A DNA stretch of 64,000 nucleotides from Salinispira sp. Its GTDB lineage: Bacteria > Spirochaetota > Spirochaetia > DSM-27196 > Salinispiraceae. The notes under the pieces are model-generated. The model was not told the DNA's origin. It ran no database searches and saw only the letters and a program-made list of their open reading frames with translations. Within the stretch, counting starts at the first letter, position 1. Each line of letters starts with the position of its first letter. The stretch covers positions 384,001 to 448,000 of the forward strand of contig OZ271918.1 of assembly GCA_965602015.1 (NCBI GenBank), read 5' to 3'. Shown piece by piece: positions 18,934 to 29,314 of the stretch. Made by a program: the position numbers and the translations under genes.

Positions 18934-21900
18934 ATACCTGTTGCGTACCCTGCAATTGATCCAATCGTCGCGAAAGAATCAGGATATGACCGTCCAGCCG
19001 GTCCAGGAGCCCGGTGAGCTCATCCCTGATTTCAGGGGAGAAGGTCTTCTCGTCCCGAATATGAGCCTTTGACAAGTTTTCAATTTCGGAGGCGCAGCTG
19101 GAAATATCAAAGGCCATAAGATTGAGGGCGCCGCCTTTGACGCTGTGACTGAGCCGGTGAAGTTCTGTAGGATTATCGGACTCGAGGCTTTCCCGCATCT
19201 GGGTGTTGCTTTCCCGAGCAGCATGTACAAATCCCTGCACCAATGAGAGCACCATATCCCGGTTTTGCTCATGCTCTGATAGAAGGGCCTGGAAGTCGAT
19301 AACCGGATCAGTGTGGTCTAGTGGAATGGTTTCATCCTTCGCGGCTTCGGGTAAGACTTCCCCGTCGCCCTCCAGACAGCGCTTAATCGCCTGTCGGAGC
19401 TGGTTCTGCCGCAGCGGTTTGTGTATAACATCATTCATCCCGGCTGCCAGGCATTCAGTTCGGCTTTCATCTACCACGTCTGCGGTCAGCCCGAGAACCG
19501 GAATATCCGGGTTTATGCCCCGGATTATCCGGGTTGCTTCGAGGCCGTCCATACCGGGCATATGAAGATCCATTATGACCAGTGAATAGCTGCCTTCCCT
19601 GATTTTCTCAATGGCTTCCTCTCCGCTGGCCACCAGGTCTATTTCGGCGCTGCTGTCGGACAGGAGAGCCTTTATTACATCCTGATTTGGCTTGTAGTCT
19701 TCAACCAGCAGAATGCGGCTTCCTGAAAGTAACTCCTCGTGGCGGTCTTCATCAGAGTAATCCTGGTCATCGGCCGGGGCGATCGGGGGGCGCAGCGGAA
19801 GTAAAAAGCTGAAGGTGCTGCCCTTGCCCGGGACCGACTTGATTGATATCGACTCTCCGCCCAGCAATTTTACCAGGTGACTGGCGATGGCCATACCCAA
19901 ACCGCTTCCGCCGTGTTCGCGGCTCAGCGATTTATTGACCTGCTCAAAGCTTTGAAACACCATTCTCTGTTTCTCTTCGGGTATGCCGATGCCGCTGTCC
20001 CTGACGCTGAATTCAAGATGCGGAGAACCGTCAAGCCCCTCCGCATGCCCGGCGTACAGTCCAATGTATCCTACGGTGGTAAATTTCAGGGCATTGCTCA
20101 GAAGATTGTCCAAAATCCGCCAAAGGGCGAGCTTGTCACTGACGATGGTGTCCGGAAGCCGGCTATCTATTTCGGTGGTGAATACCAGTCCTTTGTCGGC
20201 GGCGTGTTGACGATATGATGCCGTGAGTTCCTGAATGAAGGGGCGTAGGGTGAAGCTGCCAAGCTTGGCCTCCTCTTTGCCCGCCTCGATTTTTGAGATG
20301 TCCAGAATCTGGTTGATGAGGGATAAGAGCTTGCTCGATTCATGATAAATGGTCTTGGAGTATTGCACTGTCAGTTCCGGACTCTTGTTCTTCCTGATCA
20401 ATTCAGAGAACCCGATTATGCTGTTCAACGGGGTCCGCAGATCGTGGCTGATATTCGCCAAAAAGCGGCTTTTGGCGGCGTGAGCCTCCTCGGCATTTTT
20501 CCGGGCGTTGCTCAAGGCCTGAGTGCGCTCGAGCACCTTACGTTCAAGGACCTTGTTTATCCGGCTCTCCTCTTCGAGTTTTTGCTGATTGAGCTGCCAA
20601 CGGATGCGGAAGAAATTGAAGACGGTAAAGAGGAAAAGTGTGACAAAAATGATTTGCAGGGCAATGGCCGGCGGGCTGAAATACCAGGGCGGCTGAATTG
20701 TGAAGGTAAATTCCGCAGTCTCGGGACTCCAGATTCCGTCGTTGTTGGCACCCCGAACTTCAAACGTATATCGTCCGGGCCGAAGGTTGGTAAAAATTGC
20801 CTGATTTCTTCGCTCTGGTTCGCTCCACTGATTATCTAGGCCGAGCAGGCGGTATTGAAAGCTGTTTCTTTTTGGCGCGGTGAAGTCCAGGGCGGCAAAG
20901 CGGAAACTGAGGAAATTCTGCTGGAAGTTTAAAAGCACTTCCCGTCCTGTGAAAGCGTCGATTTCCTCGCCGGAAATCTCCACTGAGGTGATTACTGTGT
21001 TTGGCTGATGAAAATTGCTGATATAATCAATGCTGTCGATCCGGTGAATGCCCGCCTGAGCGCTGATATACAACCTGCCGTCCCGGGTTTTTATCGCCGC
21101 CTGATTCATTTCCCAGCTCAAAAGTCCATCGTTTTCATCAATTATGACAAAGTCCTTGATAGACGGATCGAGAATAACCAGGCCCCTGGATGTGCTGATC
21201 CACAGCCTGTTTTGGTCGTCTTCAACGATGGCAGCGATGTAATTCGATGGTAGACCGTTTTCCGTCGTGAAATGGGTGAATCCGCGGCTCTCCCGGTCAA
21301 ACAGGTTGAGGCCGCCGCTGTTGGTCCCTATCCAGAGCTGGTTGAGACTGTCCTCGAAAATGACGTTGATACGGTTGCCGGATATGGAGTTTCTGTTTTG
21401 CGGATCGTACCTAAAGTGTTCGAACTTACCGTCATTCCAGAGATTCAAGCCGCCGTTTGTTCCGAACCAGATTGCGCCCTGGCTGTCCTGAAAGATTTTT
21501 GACACCAGATTATTGCTGAGGCTCCCGGTATCGCCCTCCCGATTTTCGAAGTACAGAAAGTCCTCAAAACTCGCGTCTGTCAGGAATACCCCGTTGTTAT
21601 AAGTACCGAACCAATAATTGCCTTGGTCATCTTGCAGCATCGAGCTCATTATCCGTTCGGCAAAGGGTTCTCCCATGCGGATGAATCGATCATTTTCGTA
21701 GTCGTATCGATTCAGACCCGATTGAGTGAGGATCCACAACTGATTATCCAGGTCCTGATAAATGTACCGAATGAAATTATCGTCGAGGCTTGCGTTGTTG
21801 TCAGGTTCATTGTCGTAGCGCTGTACCAGCTCATTTTCCCGGTCTATGAGATTCAGACCCGAGGAATGGGTGCCGAGCCACAGGTTTCCGAGATGGTCTT

Positions 21901-23014
21901 CGTACATTGCGGTGTAGTTGCCCGGTGAAACATTCTGAGGTCCTTCGCCCGGTTTATACACAAAAAAGCTGTTTCTCTTTGGATCGAACTTGTTGATGCC
22001 CCCGCCCCTGGTTCCGACCCACAGAATGCCTCCCGAATCCTCGAGCAGCGAATATACCAGATCATTGCTGAGACTGCTTTCATCCTCCGGTTCATTGAGG
22101 TAGCGGTGAAAATTCCCGGTATCCGGATCCATCAGGAAGAGGCCGCCGGTCCAGCTGGCCACCCATAATCTGTCCCGGGAATCGAACATCAGTTGATAAA
22201 CCCCTTCAACAGGGAGCTGCCAGCTGGTGAACTCGCCGCTTTCCGCATCATATCGGGATATGTAACCCTCCCACATTCCGGCGAAAATCCGGCCTCGGCT
22301 GTCCTCGGTAATGGACATGACGTAGGTGCCCGGAAGTCCTGAGCTGTTGTCTGGTTCTTGAAGGATATTGCGGAAACCCTCCTGGCCCTCATCCCAGATA
22401 CTTATCCCCCGATAATGGCCAATCCACACCCTGCCTTCCCGGTCTTCAAAAATAGCTCTGATGGTTCGGTCTCCCAGGCTGGCGGGATCGTCCGGATCGG
22501 GCTGGAACCGAGTGAAGTTGTCCCCGCCGTCCAGGCTGAGATTTAATCCCCGGGCGGTTCCCACCCACAGGCGACGCCGGCTGTCACGGAGAATAGAAAT
22601 GATTTGAGGATCGCTGATACTGTTTTCCACATCAGGATCGCTTATGTAATTCCTGAATGTTTCTGTTTCGGGGTTTAATCGACTGAGACTCCCATAGGTT
22701 CCTATCCAAATATGGCCGTCATCATCGAGGTGCATTGTCTGGATTTGCGAATGGGGTAGAGAGCTCTCGCTGAACGGGAGATATATGAACTCCCGGAACT
22801 CATATCCGTCATACCGGCTCAAACCTGAGACCGTACCAAACCATAAATATCCCTGGTTGTCCTGGACGATTGCCGAGACATTCGAGTTTATCAGTCCGTC
22901 CTCAATGCCCAGCCGCTCAAAGCGGATGTCAGGACCCGGTTCTTCCTGGGCGATGAGATTGTGAGTTGTGCCGAGTGATGCGAAAATAAGCAGCGCAAGA
23001 ATTGCGAGTTTCAT
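18932..23014 (-). CDS. Hybrid sensor histidine kinase: beta-propeller (Reg_prop) + Y_Y_Y + HisKA + HATPase + REC + HPt
   Basis: Signal peptide, many D..G.LW.GT repeats, LRPGRYTFEV, ISHDLRTPLN, GSGLG, VIMDLHMPGMDG, LSHSVKG. Confidence 0.92.
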   Translation of the reverse strand: MKLAILALLIFASLGTTHNLIAQEEPGPDIRFERLGIEDGLINSNVSAIVQDNQGYLWFGTVSGLSRYDGYEFREFIYLPFSESSLPHSQIQTMHLDDDGHIWIGTYGSLSRLNPETETFRNYISDPDVENSISDPQIISILRDSRRRLWVGTARGLNLSLDGGDNFTRFQPDPDDPASLGDRTIRAIFEDREGRVWIGHYRGISIWDEGQEGFRNILQEPDNSSGLPGTYVMSITEDSRGRIFAGMWEGYISRYDAESGEFTSWQLPVEGVYQLMFDSRDRLWVASWTGGLFLMDPDTGNFHRYLNEPEDESSLSNDLVYSLLEDSGGILWVGTRGGGINKFDPKRNSFFVYKPGEGPQNVSPGNYTAMYEDHLGNLWLGTHSSGLNLIDRENELVQRYDNEPDNNASLDDNFIRYIYQDLDNQLWILTQSGLNRYDYENDRFIRMGEPFAERIMSSMLQDDQGNYWFGTYNNGVFLTDASFEDFLYFENREGDTGSLSNNLVSKIFQDSQGAIWFGTNGGLNLWNDGKFEHFRYDPQNRNSISGNRINVIFEDSLNQLWIGTNSGGLNLFDRESRGFTHFTTENGLPSNYIAAIVEDDQNRLWISTSRGLVILDPSIKDFVIIDENDGLLSWEMNQAAIKTRDGRLYISAQAGIHRIDSIDYISNFHQPNTVITSVEISGEEIDAFTGREVLLNFQQNFLSFRFAALDFTAPKRNSFQYRLLGLDNQWSEPERRNQAIFTNLRPGRYTFEVRGANNDGIWSPETAEFTFTIQPPWYFSPPAIALQIIFVTLFLFTVFNFFRIRWQLNQQKLEEESRINKVLERKVLERTQALSNARKNAEEAHAAKSRFLANISHDLRTPLNSIIGFSELIRKNKSPELTVQYSKTIYHESSKLLSLINQILDISKIEAGKEEAKLGSFTLRPFIQELTASYRQHAADKGLVFTTEIDSRLPDTIVSDKLALWRILDNLLSNALKFTTVGYIGLYAGHAEGLDGSPHLEFSVRDSGIGIPEEKQRMVFQSFEQVNKSLSREHGGSGLGMAIASHLVKLLGGESISIKSVPGKGSTFSFLLPLRPPIAPADDQDYSDEDRHEELLSGSRILLVEDYKPNQDVIKALLSDSSAEIDLVASGEEAIEKIREGSYSLVIMDLHMPGMDGLEATRIIRGINPDIPVLGLTADVVDESRTECLAAGMNDVIHKPLRQNQLRQAIKRCLEGDGEVLPEAAKDETIPLDHTDPVIDFQALLSEHEQNRDMVLSLVQGFVHAARESNTQMRESLESDNPTELHRLSHSVKGGALNLMAFDISSCASEIENLSKAHIRDEKTFSPEIRDELTGLLDRLDGHILILSRRLDQLQGTQQV

Positions 23015-23066
23015 GTGGTAATTTCTCCAGGAATTCATCTGGTTACAATTGTAAGAAAAATACTGG

Positions 23067-24755
23067 TCATCTTCCAGTTTCGGTGCAGTGTGCACTCATC
23101 CCCGAGGTATCGAGAACGAGGGCTTGAAGGGGTTCAAGTTTCACCGCCCCGGTGACTGTGCTCCTCAGCGGATCGGCGCACAGGCTGTCTGCGAGTATTT
23201 CTGCCTCCGTGTTTGCCACCTCCGTGTTTACCGCCTCCGTATTTGACAGTAATAGGCGTCGGTTTTGTGAGGTGAAATTGAGAAGCACGAGAAGACTGCG
23301 GTCTTTCCATATTCGTTTGTATGACAATACGCCTCTGAAAACCCGCAGATCGCGTATGTCTCCCCGGTTGAGTTGCGGAAGGCTTCTGCGAAGTGATATC
23401 AGCTTCCGATACCAGGACAGGAGAGATGCTCCGTCAGCCTTCTGGGCATCGACGTCGCGCTCGGTGGTATCGGGGTTTTGGGGCAGCCAGGACTTATCGC
23501 CGGCGGTGAATCCGCCGGAAGCCGACCACTGCATGGGCGTTCTCGACCTATCTCTGCCCGGATGAAGGGGCCAATACCGCAAGCCGAGGGGGTCCATCAT
23601 ATCTTTCCGCCGGATTTTTCCGTCTACCATACCGATTTCTTCTCCGTAGTAGAGAAACGCTGTTCCCCGTTGGGTCAGAAGCAGGGCGGCTAACAGTCGG
23701 GCCTTGCTTTCATTTCCACCGCATAGCCGGGTCATTGCCCGGCTCTGATCGTGATTGCTCAGGACGTGGCAGGGCCAGCGATTTTCCCCGCAGACTGCAT
23801 ACCAGCGCGAGAGGATGCGGCGGAAGGACTCGACAGAGAACTTCACATACATGGGAGAAAAGTCAAAGGCCAGGTGGAGCTCGTCTGTTCCGCTGCCCTG
23901 GTACGACGCGCTTGAAGCGGGGTCGGGCAGGCCCTCGTTGGGATAGATTTCCCCGACGAGCATGGTCTCCGGGTATTTGTCGTGTAGCATTCGCAGACGC
24001 TTGAGAATCTCATGGGTTTCAGGACGATTTCGATCGTAGAGATGCAGCTGCTGATCGTGGAGTCTCGGCGGTGCCTTTCTCAGCCGATAGGGATTCGATC
24101 GGAGTTTATCATCTTTGACAATGTAGTTGATCACGTCGAGCCGAAACCCGTCTACACCCCGTTCAAGCCAAAATTTTGCCTGGGAGAACATCGCCGATTC
24201 CACATCCGTATTACGCCAGTTGAGGTCGGGCTGTTCGGCGAGGAACAGATGGAGATAGTATTCCCGGCTGTTCGGGTCCCAGGTCCATGCGCTCCCGCCG
24301 AATGCAGCCCTCCAGTTATTCGGCGGCCGCCTTATCCCCAGATGGCGGATTCCGGGATGCCACATATACCAGTTTCGCTTCTCTGATTTTTTTGACGAGG
24401 CGGAATCGGTAAACCAGGGATGTGCATTGCTGGTGTGGTTCATTACGAGATCGAGAATGATTCGGATATTGCGGCGGTGTGATTCGCTGACAAGCTCATC
24501 GAAGTCTGTTAGGGAGCCGAAAATTGGGTGGATGTTTTTATAGTCGGACACATCATAGCCAAAGTCCTTCATGGGCGATGGGAAAATCGGCGAAAGCCAT
24601 ATTCCGTCGACTCCCAAATACTCGAGGTACTCGATCCTGTTGATTATTCCCCGCAAATCGCCTATGCCGTCTTCGTCTGAGTCGGAAAAACTGCGGGGGT
24701 AAATCTGATAGATACAGCCGTGCTTCCACCAGAGGTATCCATCGCGATTATGCAT
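23067..24755 (-). CDS. GH13 alpha-glucosidase / oligo-1,6-glucosidase
   Basis: YQIYPRSF, DFGYD, DLVMNHTS, GVDGFRLD, VGEI, SNHD and YYGEEIGM motifs. Confidence 0.93.
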   Translation of the reverse strand: MHNRDGYLWWKHGCIYQIYPRSFSDSDEDGIGDLRGIINRIEYLEYLGVDGIWLSPIFPSPMKDFGYDVSDYKNIHPIFGSLTDFDELVSESHRRNIRIILDLVMNHTSNAHPWFTDSASSKKSEKRNWYMWHPGIRHLGIRRPPNNWRAAFGGSAWTWDPNSREYYLHLFLAEQPDLNWRNTDVESAMFSQAKFWLERGVDGFRLDVINYIVKDDKLRSNPYRLRKAPPRLHDQQLHLYDRNRPETHEILKRLRMLHDKYPETMLVGEIYPNEGLPDPASSASYQGSGTDELHLAFDFSPMYVKFSVESFRRILSRWYAVCGENRWPCHVLSNHDQSRAMTRLCGGNESKARLLAALLLTQRGTAFLYYGEEIGMVDGKIRRKDMMDPLGLRYWPLHPGRDRSRTPMQWSASGGFTAGDKSWLPQNPDTTERDVDAQKADGASLLSWYRKLISLRRSLPQLNRGDIRDLRVFRGVLSYKRIWKDRSLLVLLNFTSQNRRLLLSNTEAVNTEVANTEAEILADSLCADPLRSTVTGAVKLEPLQALVLDTSGMSAHCTETGR

Positions 24756-26133
24756 CGGGAGCGGCCTCTGCGGCTGCCCGGTACTCGGCGAGTTCCCGGC
24801 TTATGTCATCCTGAGGGTAACGAAGAAAGATAAAAAAGCCCGCAAGGACAAAAACCGAGGCCACGGGTCCCGTGAGTATGACTCCCAGGGGTTGCGACGC
24901 ATCCTTACCGAAAAATGCGAACAGGCTCGCGGTGATTGCCAGGGCGATCCCGTAGTTGACCTTCATAAACAGGCCTTGAGTTCCGAAAAACATGGCCTCA
25001 CGGTTTTTTCCGTTTCGAAAACCGTCCAGCTCGCTCAGGTCGGAAACCGCGGCGTTGGGAATTACCAGTAAGACCGCCACGGGGAAACCGATAAGACCCA
25101 TTTGGATTATAGCCGCAAGGGCAGCCGAGGATCCTGTCAGGGGAATAATCGGGGTCATGGCCATCAGTATTGAAAAACTGAGCATGCCCGCCAGCATAAG
25201 CTGCTTGTTGCTGAAGCGCTTGGCCAAACCCGGCAGAAGAATAAATACGAGAAAGGCGACGCCGAAGAGGGCCGCCATCAGAACAGTCTGGAACTCCGCA
25301 GGCCGGTTGAGCAATACTACCGGGTAATATGCAATGACGGCCCGGATCATGTTAAACGAAAACCAATACAGGATGGTTCCTATCATATATATGATAAAGC
25401 GCCGATTTTTTACGGTAAGCAAAACCGATTCCGCCAATCCGACTCCAGCGGGTCTGGCCCGTGAATACCGCTTTTCATTGACCGGCAATCCGCTGCTAAG
25501 CATTGAGATCAGGGCGACGGCTCCGAGAACCGCCATAGTTATCTGGAATGCCTCACGCCGCTCAATACCCGAGTTTTGAAGACCATCCCAGAGCATTGGG
25601 GACCCAATGAGGACGATAATCGCTCCGACAAGACTAAAAACCGCTTGAACTACGGTCAGGGAAATCCGTTCTCCGGTATTTCTACTCACCTCGGGGATCA
25701 GCGCAAGGTAGGGAGTCATGTAATAGGTATAAAAGAAAAAGTAGAGCCCGAGCATGAGAGCGGTGTACCAGGCGTTGACCGATGCCACTGCAGCTATTGG
25801 CTGAAAGTACAGAAGGATACCCGTGAGTGCGAAGGGCAGGGCTCCGGTGACAATAAAAAACTTGCGCCGACCCATCTTGTTGCTCGCATTATCGCTCCAC
25901 CAGGCAATGAGAGGGTCCGCCAGAGCATCTATCACCCGTCCGAACAGATTTATCAGCCCTACCAGAGTAATACCCAGCAATAAGGGACGGTTATCCACCA
26001 GCTCGGGCATTCCGGTTTCCGCCGGCGGCAGGAGGAAAAACAGAAGGTACACTCCGTAGATATTGTCCATGATGGAGAAACCCATGTTGCCGTTTGCGTA
26101 TACAATCCGTTTCCACCGGGGAAAATGATCCAT
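24748..26133 (-). CDS. MFS glycoside-pentoside-hexuronide (MelB-like) transporter
   Basis: About 12 TM helices, DALADPLIAWWSD..GRR and REAMFFG motifs. GGAGG RBS before ATG at 26133. Confidence 0.88.
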   Translation of the reverse strand: MDHFPRWKRIVYANGNMGFSIMDNIYGVYLLFFLLPPAETGMPELVDNRPLLLGITLVGLINLFGRVIDALADPLIAWWSDNASNKMGRRKFFIVTGALPFALTGILLYFQPIAAVASVNAWYTALMLGLYFFFYTYYMTPYLALIPEVSRNTGERISLTVVQAVFSLVGAIIVLIGSPMLWDGLQNSGIERREAFQITMAVLGAVALISMLSSGLPVNEKRYSRARPAGVGLAESVLLTVKNRRFIIYMIGTILYWFSFNMIRAVIAYYPVVLLNRPAEFQTVLMAALFGVAFLVFILLPGLAKRFSNKQLMLAGMLSFSILMAMTPIIPLTGSSAALAAIIQMGLIGFPVAVLLVIPNAAVSDLSELDGFRNGKNREAMFFGTQGLFMKVNYGIALAITASLFAFFGKDASQPLGVILTGPVASVFVLAGFFIFLRYPQDDISRELAEYRAAAEAAPDA

Positions 26134-26262
26134 TGTTCCTCCTTCCGCTTTTTTTCCGAAGCCGGCCGCTGTGACTGACATCGCTGCGTTGTGGTTTGAG
26201 CTATGCTTCATTGTAACCTGAGTTTTACCGCGGGGGTACAAAATGGTGGGTAGGCTTACCCG

Positions 26263-26292
26263 GTGCCCCGAAAACAGCTGATTTCGGGGAAC
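26263..26292. repeat. 30-bp hairpin, shortest member of the palindromic repeat family
   Basis: GTGCCCCGAAAACAGCTGATTTCGGGGAAC; the left part matches the family arm with one substitution. Confidence 0.75.
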
Positions 26293-26298
26293 AACATG

Positions 26299-27189
26299 TT
26301 ATTCCCCTCCGAATAAAGCTCCCAGGTCCCGGGCTGCAAGCTCTGCCAGTTCTTTTGCGGCCGGGGATTGGCTGGCGCTTTTCCGTCTGGCCATAAGCAG
26401 CGTTCGCCTCGGCGCGTCCCCTGAAACCCGTCGGTATGCGATATCCTCGTGAACGCAAATCATCCGGGGCACAATTGATATTCCCAGCCCAGCCCGCACC
26501 AGGGCCTGTACGGTTTCTATTTCGCTCGATTCATAGACGATCTGTGGTTCGACCCCTGCCCGCCTGAGGGCAGCGGTGACGATGCGGTTAAATCCGTGTC
26601 CCTTGCGCATGAGAATAAGGCTCTGGCCCGCCAGACTTTCGAGCCCGAGTTCGCCCTGTGAGACCAGGGGATGGGCGGTCGGCAGGGCGATGTACAGGGG
26701 CTCGGAAAACAGGATGGTACCTGAAAGGCTCTCGTTCATGCCTGCCTGATCCATAATCGCACTGTCGACCTGATGCTCTTCCAGGCGTTGGGCCAAAACC
26801 GGGCTTGATCCTTCGCTGAGGATAATGCGCACATTGGGATGGTCCCGCCGATATGCCGAAAGAAGGGGAGGGAGCACATACGCTCCGGTTGTCGGCAGGC
26901 AGCCGAGGCGGATTACTCCGCTGCGTCCCGAATCGAATTCCCTGATATCGTGCCGGACTTCAGCGGCCTGGCGGAGGATTTCCCGTGCCCTGGGCAGGAA
27001 CACTTCCCCTCTGGGAGTAAGCCGGCATCCTCCCCGGCTTCTCTCTATGAGAATGCCCCCCAGCTCCTTTTCCAGTTTGGAGATCTGGGCGGACAGCGAT
27101 GGTTGGGACACATTGCACTTTTCTGCGGCCCGGGTAAAGTTTCCATATTGTTCTGCTGCGGTGAAGTAGTGAAGCTGGTGCATTTCCAT
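26299..27189 (-). CDS. LysR family transcriptional regulator
   Basis: NFTRAAEKCNVSQPSLSAQISKLEKELG HTH and a substrate-binding domain; divergent from leuC. Confidence 0.95.
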   Translation of the reverse strand: MEMHQLHYFTAAEQYGNFTRAAEKCNVSQPSLSAQISKLEKELGGILIERSRGGCRLTPRGEVFLPRAREILRQAAEVRHDIREFDSGRSGVIRLGCLPTTGAYVLPPLLSAYRRDHPNVRIILSEGSSPVLAQRLEEHQVDSAIMDQAGMNESLSGTILFSEPLYIALPTAHPLVSQGELGLESLAGQSLILMRKGHGFNRIVTAALRRAGVEPQIVYESSEIETVQALVRAGLGISIVPRMICVHEDIAYRRVSGDAPRRTLLMARRKSASQSPAAKELAELAARDLGALFGGE

Positions 27190-27198
27190 AGTCAAATC

Positions 27199-27213
27199 CT
27201 ATCGTATTTATAG
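27199..27213. promoter_or_regulatory. LysR-type box
   Basis: CTAT-N7-ATAG containing T-N11-A, in the AT-rich divergent spacer. Confidence 0.55.
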
Positions 27214-27275
27214 AAATAATATCTTTTACAAATATAAGTCCATCGGATATATTATTGCCAGACACGGAGGCATCT

Positions 27276-28694
27276 ATGGCAAAAAAAACCTTATATAACA
27301 AAGTATGGGACGCCCACTCGGTTGCGACCCTTCCCACCGGACAGACCCAACTCTTCATCGGGCTTCATATGATTCACGAAGTTACCAGTCCCCAGGCCTT
27401 TGACATGCTGAGGGAACGGGGCTTGAAGGTGGCATATCCCCAGAGAACCTTCGCCACCATGGACCACATCGTCCCCACACACTCCACCGCCAGGCCGTTT
27501 GCCGATTCCCAGGCGGAAAGCATGATGCAGGCAATAGAAAAAAATACCGGTGATTTTGATATCCAGTTTTTCAATTTTCAAAGCGGCAAGCAGGGGGTGG
27601 TTCACGTGGTGGGTCCCGAACTCGGTCTGACCAGGCCGGGAATGACCATTGCCTGCGGGGATTCCCACACATCGACCCACGGTGCATTTGGTTCTCTGGC
27701 TTTTGGCATAGGGACCAGTCAGGTCCGCGATGTACTGGCCACCCAATGTCTGGCCATGGATCCGCTCAAGGTTCGCCGCATCGAAATCAACGGCAGTCTT
27801 GGAAAAGGGGTCACCCCGAAAGACGTCGCTTTGTTTATCATCAACCGCCTCGGGGTGAAGGGCGGAATCGGCCACGTCTATGAATACGCCGGCGATGTAT
27901 TTGACACTATGACCATGGAAGGCCGCATGACCGTCTGCAACATGTCCATTGAGGGCGGCGCCCGGGCCGGTTATGTGAATCCCGATCAGACTACCTTTGC
28001 CTATCTCAAGGGTAGGGAATATTCCCCCGCTGGCGCGGAGTGGGACCAGGCGGTCGCCCGTTGGGCGTCCTTCGCCTCGGATGCCGACGCCGAGTACGAT
28101 GAAATTGTGAAATTTTCCGCCGATGAAATTCGGCCCATGGTCACCTGGGGCATAACTCCCGGACAAAGCATCGGCATTGGAGAAAAGCTCCCGGATCCGG
28201 CAAAAATGGAGGATTCCGGCGACCGCCAGACCGCGGAATTAGCATATCGCCATATGAAACTGACGCCCGGCCAAAGACCGGAAGACATTGAGATAGATGT
28301 GGCCTTCATCGGCAGTTGCACGAACGGCCGCATTGAAGACCTCCGCGCGGCGGCGGATTTTCTCAAGGGCAAAAAGGTGAATCCCCGGGTTCACGCATTC
28401 GTTGTGCCCGGTTCCATGCAGGTCCGCAAGGCGGCAATGGAGGAAGGGCTTCACACGGTCTTCCAGGAAGCGGGCTTTGAGTGGAGGGCGGCCGGATGTT
28501 CCATGTGTCTGGCAATGAACCCCGATCAGCTCAAGGGTGAGCAAATTTCCGCCAGTTCCAGCAATCGCAACTTCATCGGCCGACAGGGCAGTCCCAGCGG
28601 CCGCACCCTGCTTATGTCTCCCGCCATGGTCGCCGCTGCGGCGGTGAGCGGACGGGTCAGCGATGTGAGGAAAATGATGAAGGAGGCCAGATAA
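27276..28694 (+). CDS. leuC: 3-isopropylmalate dehydratase large subunit
   Basis: [26 protein letters not shown] and SSSNRNF motifs. Confidence 0.93.
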   Translation: MAKKTLYNKVWDAHSVATLPTGQTQLFIGLHMIHEVTSPQAFDMLRERGLKVAYPQRTFATMDHIVPTHSTARPFADSQAESMMQAIEKNTGDFDIQFFNFQSGKQGVVHVVGPELGLTRPGMTIACGDSHTSTHGAFGSLAFGIGTSQVRDVLATQCLAMDPLKVRRIEINGSLGKGVTPKDVALFIINRLGVKGGIGHVYEYAGDVFDTMTMEGRMTVCNMSIEGGARAGYVNPDQTTFAYLKGREYSPAGAEWDQAVARWASFASDADAEYDEIVKFSADEIRPMVTWGITPGQSIGIGEKLPDPAKMEDSGDRQTAELAYRHMKLTPGQRPEDIEIDVAFIGSCTNGRIEDLRAAADFLKGKKVNPRVHAFVVPGSMQVRKAAMEEGLHTVFQEAGFEWRAAGCSMCLAMNPDQLKGEQISASSSNRNFIGRQGSPSGRTLLMSPAMVAAAAVSGRVSDVRKMMKEAR

Positions 28695-29284
28695 TGATAA
28701 AGATACAGAGCGTTAATGCCCGCGCCGTGGCGGTTCCCGGCGATGACATCGATACCGACCGGATCATTCCCGCGAGATTTCTCAAGGAGATAACGTTCCA
28801 GCGAATGGGTGAATATCCGTTCTATGACGAGCGTTTTGATGCCAAGGGTGGACAGAAGGACCATCCCTTTAACCGGCCGGAACACCAGGGCGCCGGGATC
28901 CTCATTGCCAATTCGAATTTCGGCTGTGGAAGTTCCCGGGAGCACGCACCCCAGTCCCTTGTGCGCTGGGGTATTCGGGCAATCATCGCCGAGAGTTACG
29001 CGGAAATTTTCGCCGGCAATTGCATCATGCTGGGCACCCCTGTGGTTACAGCCGAACCGCAAGATGTGGCGGCGATGCAGGAAATTGCCCGGAACCAACC
29101 GGATGCGGAATTCGCCCTCGATCTCCAGTCGATGGAGGTCCGCGCGGCGGGAAGGAGTTTTACCGTGAGCCTTTCGGATACCCGCCGAAAGGCACTGATG
29201 GAAGGAACCTGGGACAGCACCTCCCTGCTGATGGCTAATGCAGACAAGGCCCGGGAGGTGGCAAAAAACCTCTCCTACCTGTAG
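28694..29284 (+). CDS. leuD: 3-isopropylmalate dehydratase small subunit
   Basis: DIDTDRIIPARFL and NFGCGSSREHA motifs; TAATG coupling with leuC. Confidence 0.93.
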   Translation: MIKIQSVNARAVAVPGDDIDTDRIIPARFLKEITFQRMGEYPFYDERFDAKGGQKDHPFNRPEHQGAGILIANSNFGCGSSREHAPQSLVRWGIRAIIAESYAEIFAGNCIMLGTPVVTAEPQDVAAMQEIARNQPDAEFALDLQSMEVRAAGRSFTVSLSDTRRKALMEGTWDSTSLLMANADKAREVAKNLSYL

Positions 29285-29314
29285 GAACGAAGCGAGCCGG
29301 CATAGCCGGCAATA

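Noticed and set aside
23197..23243. 15-bp repeats encoding NTEAV-NTEVA-NTEAE in the GH13 gene
   Set aside because: Short in-frame slippage duplication with no functional signal.
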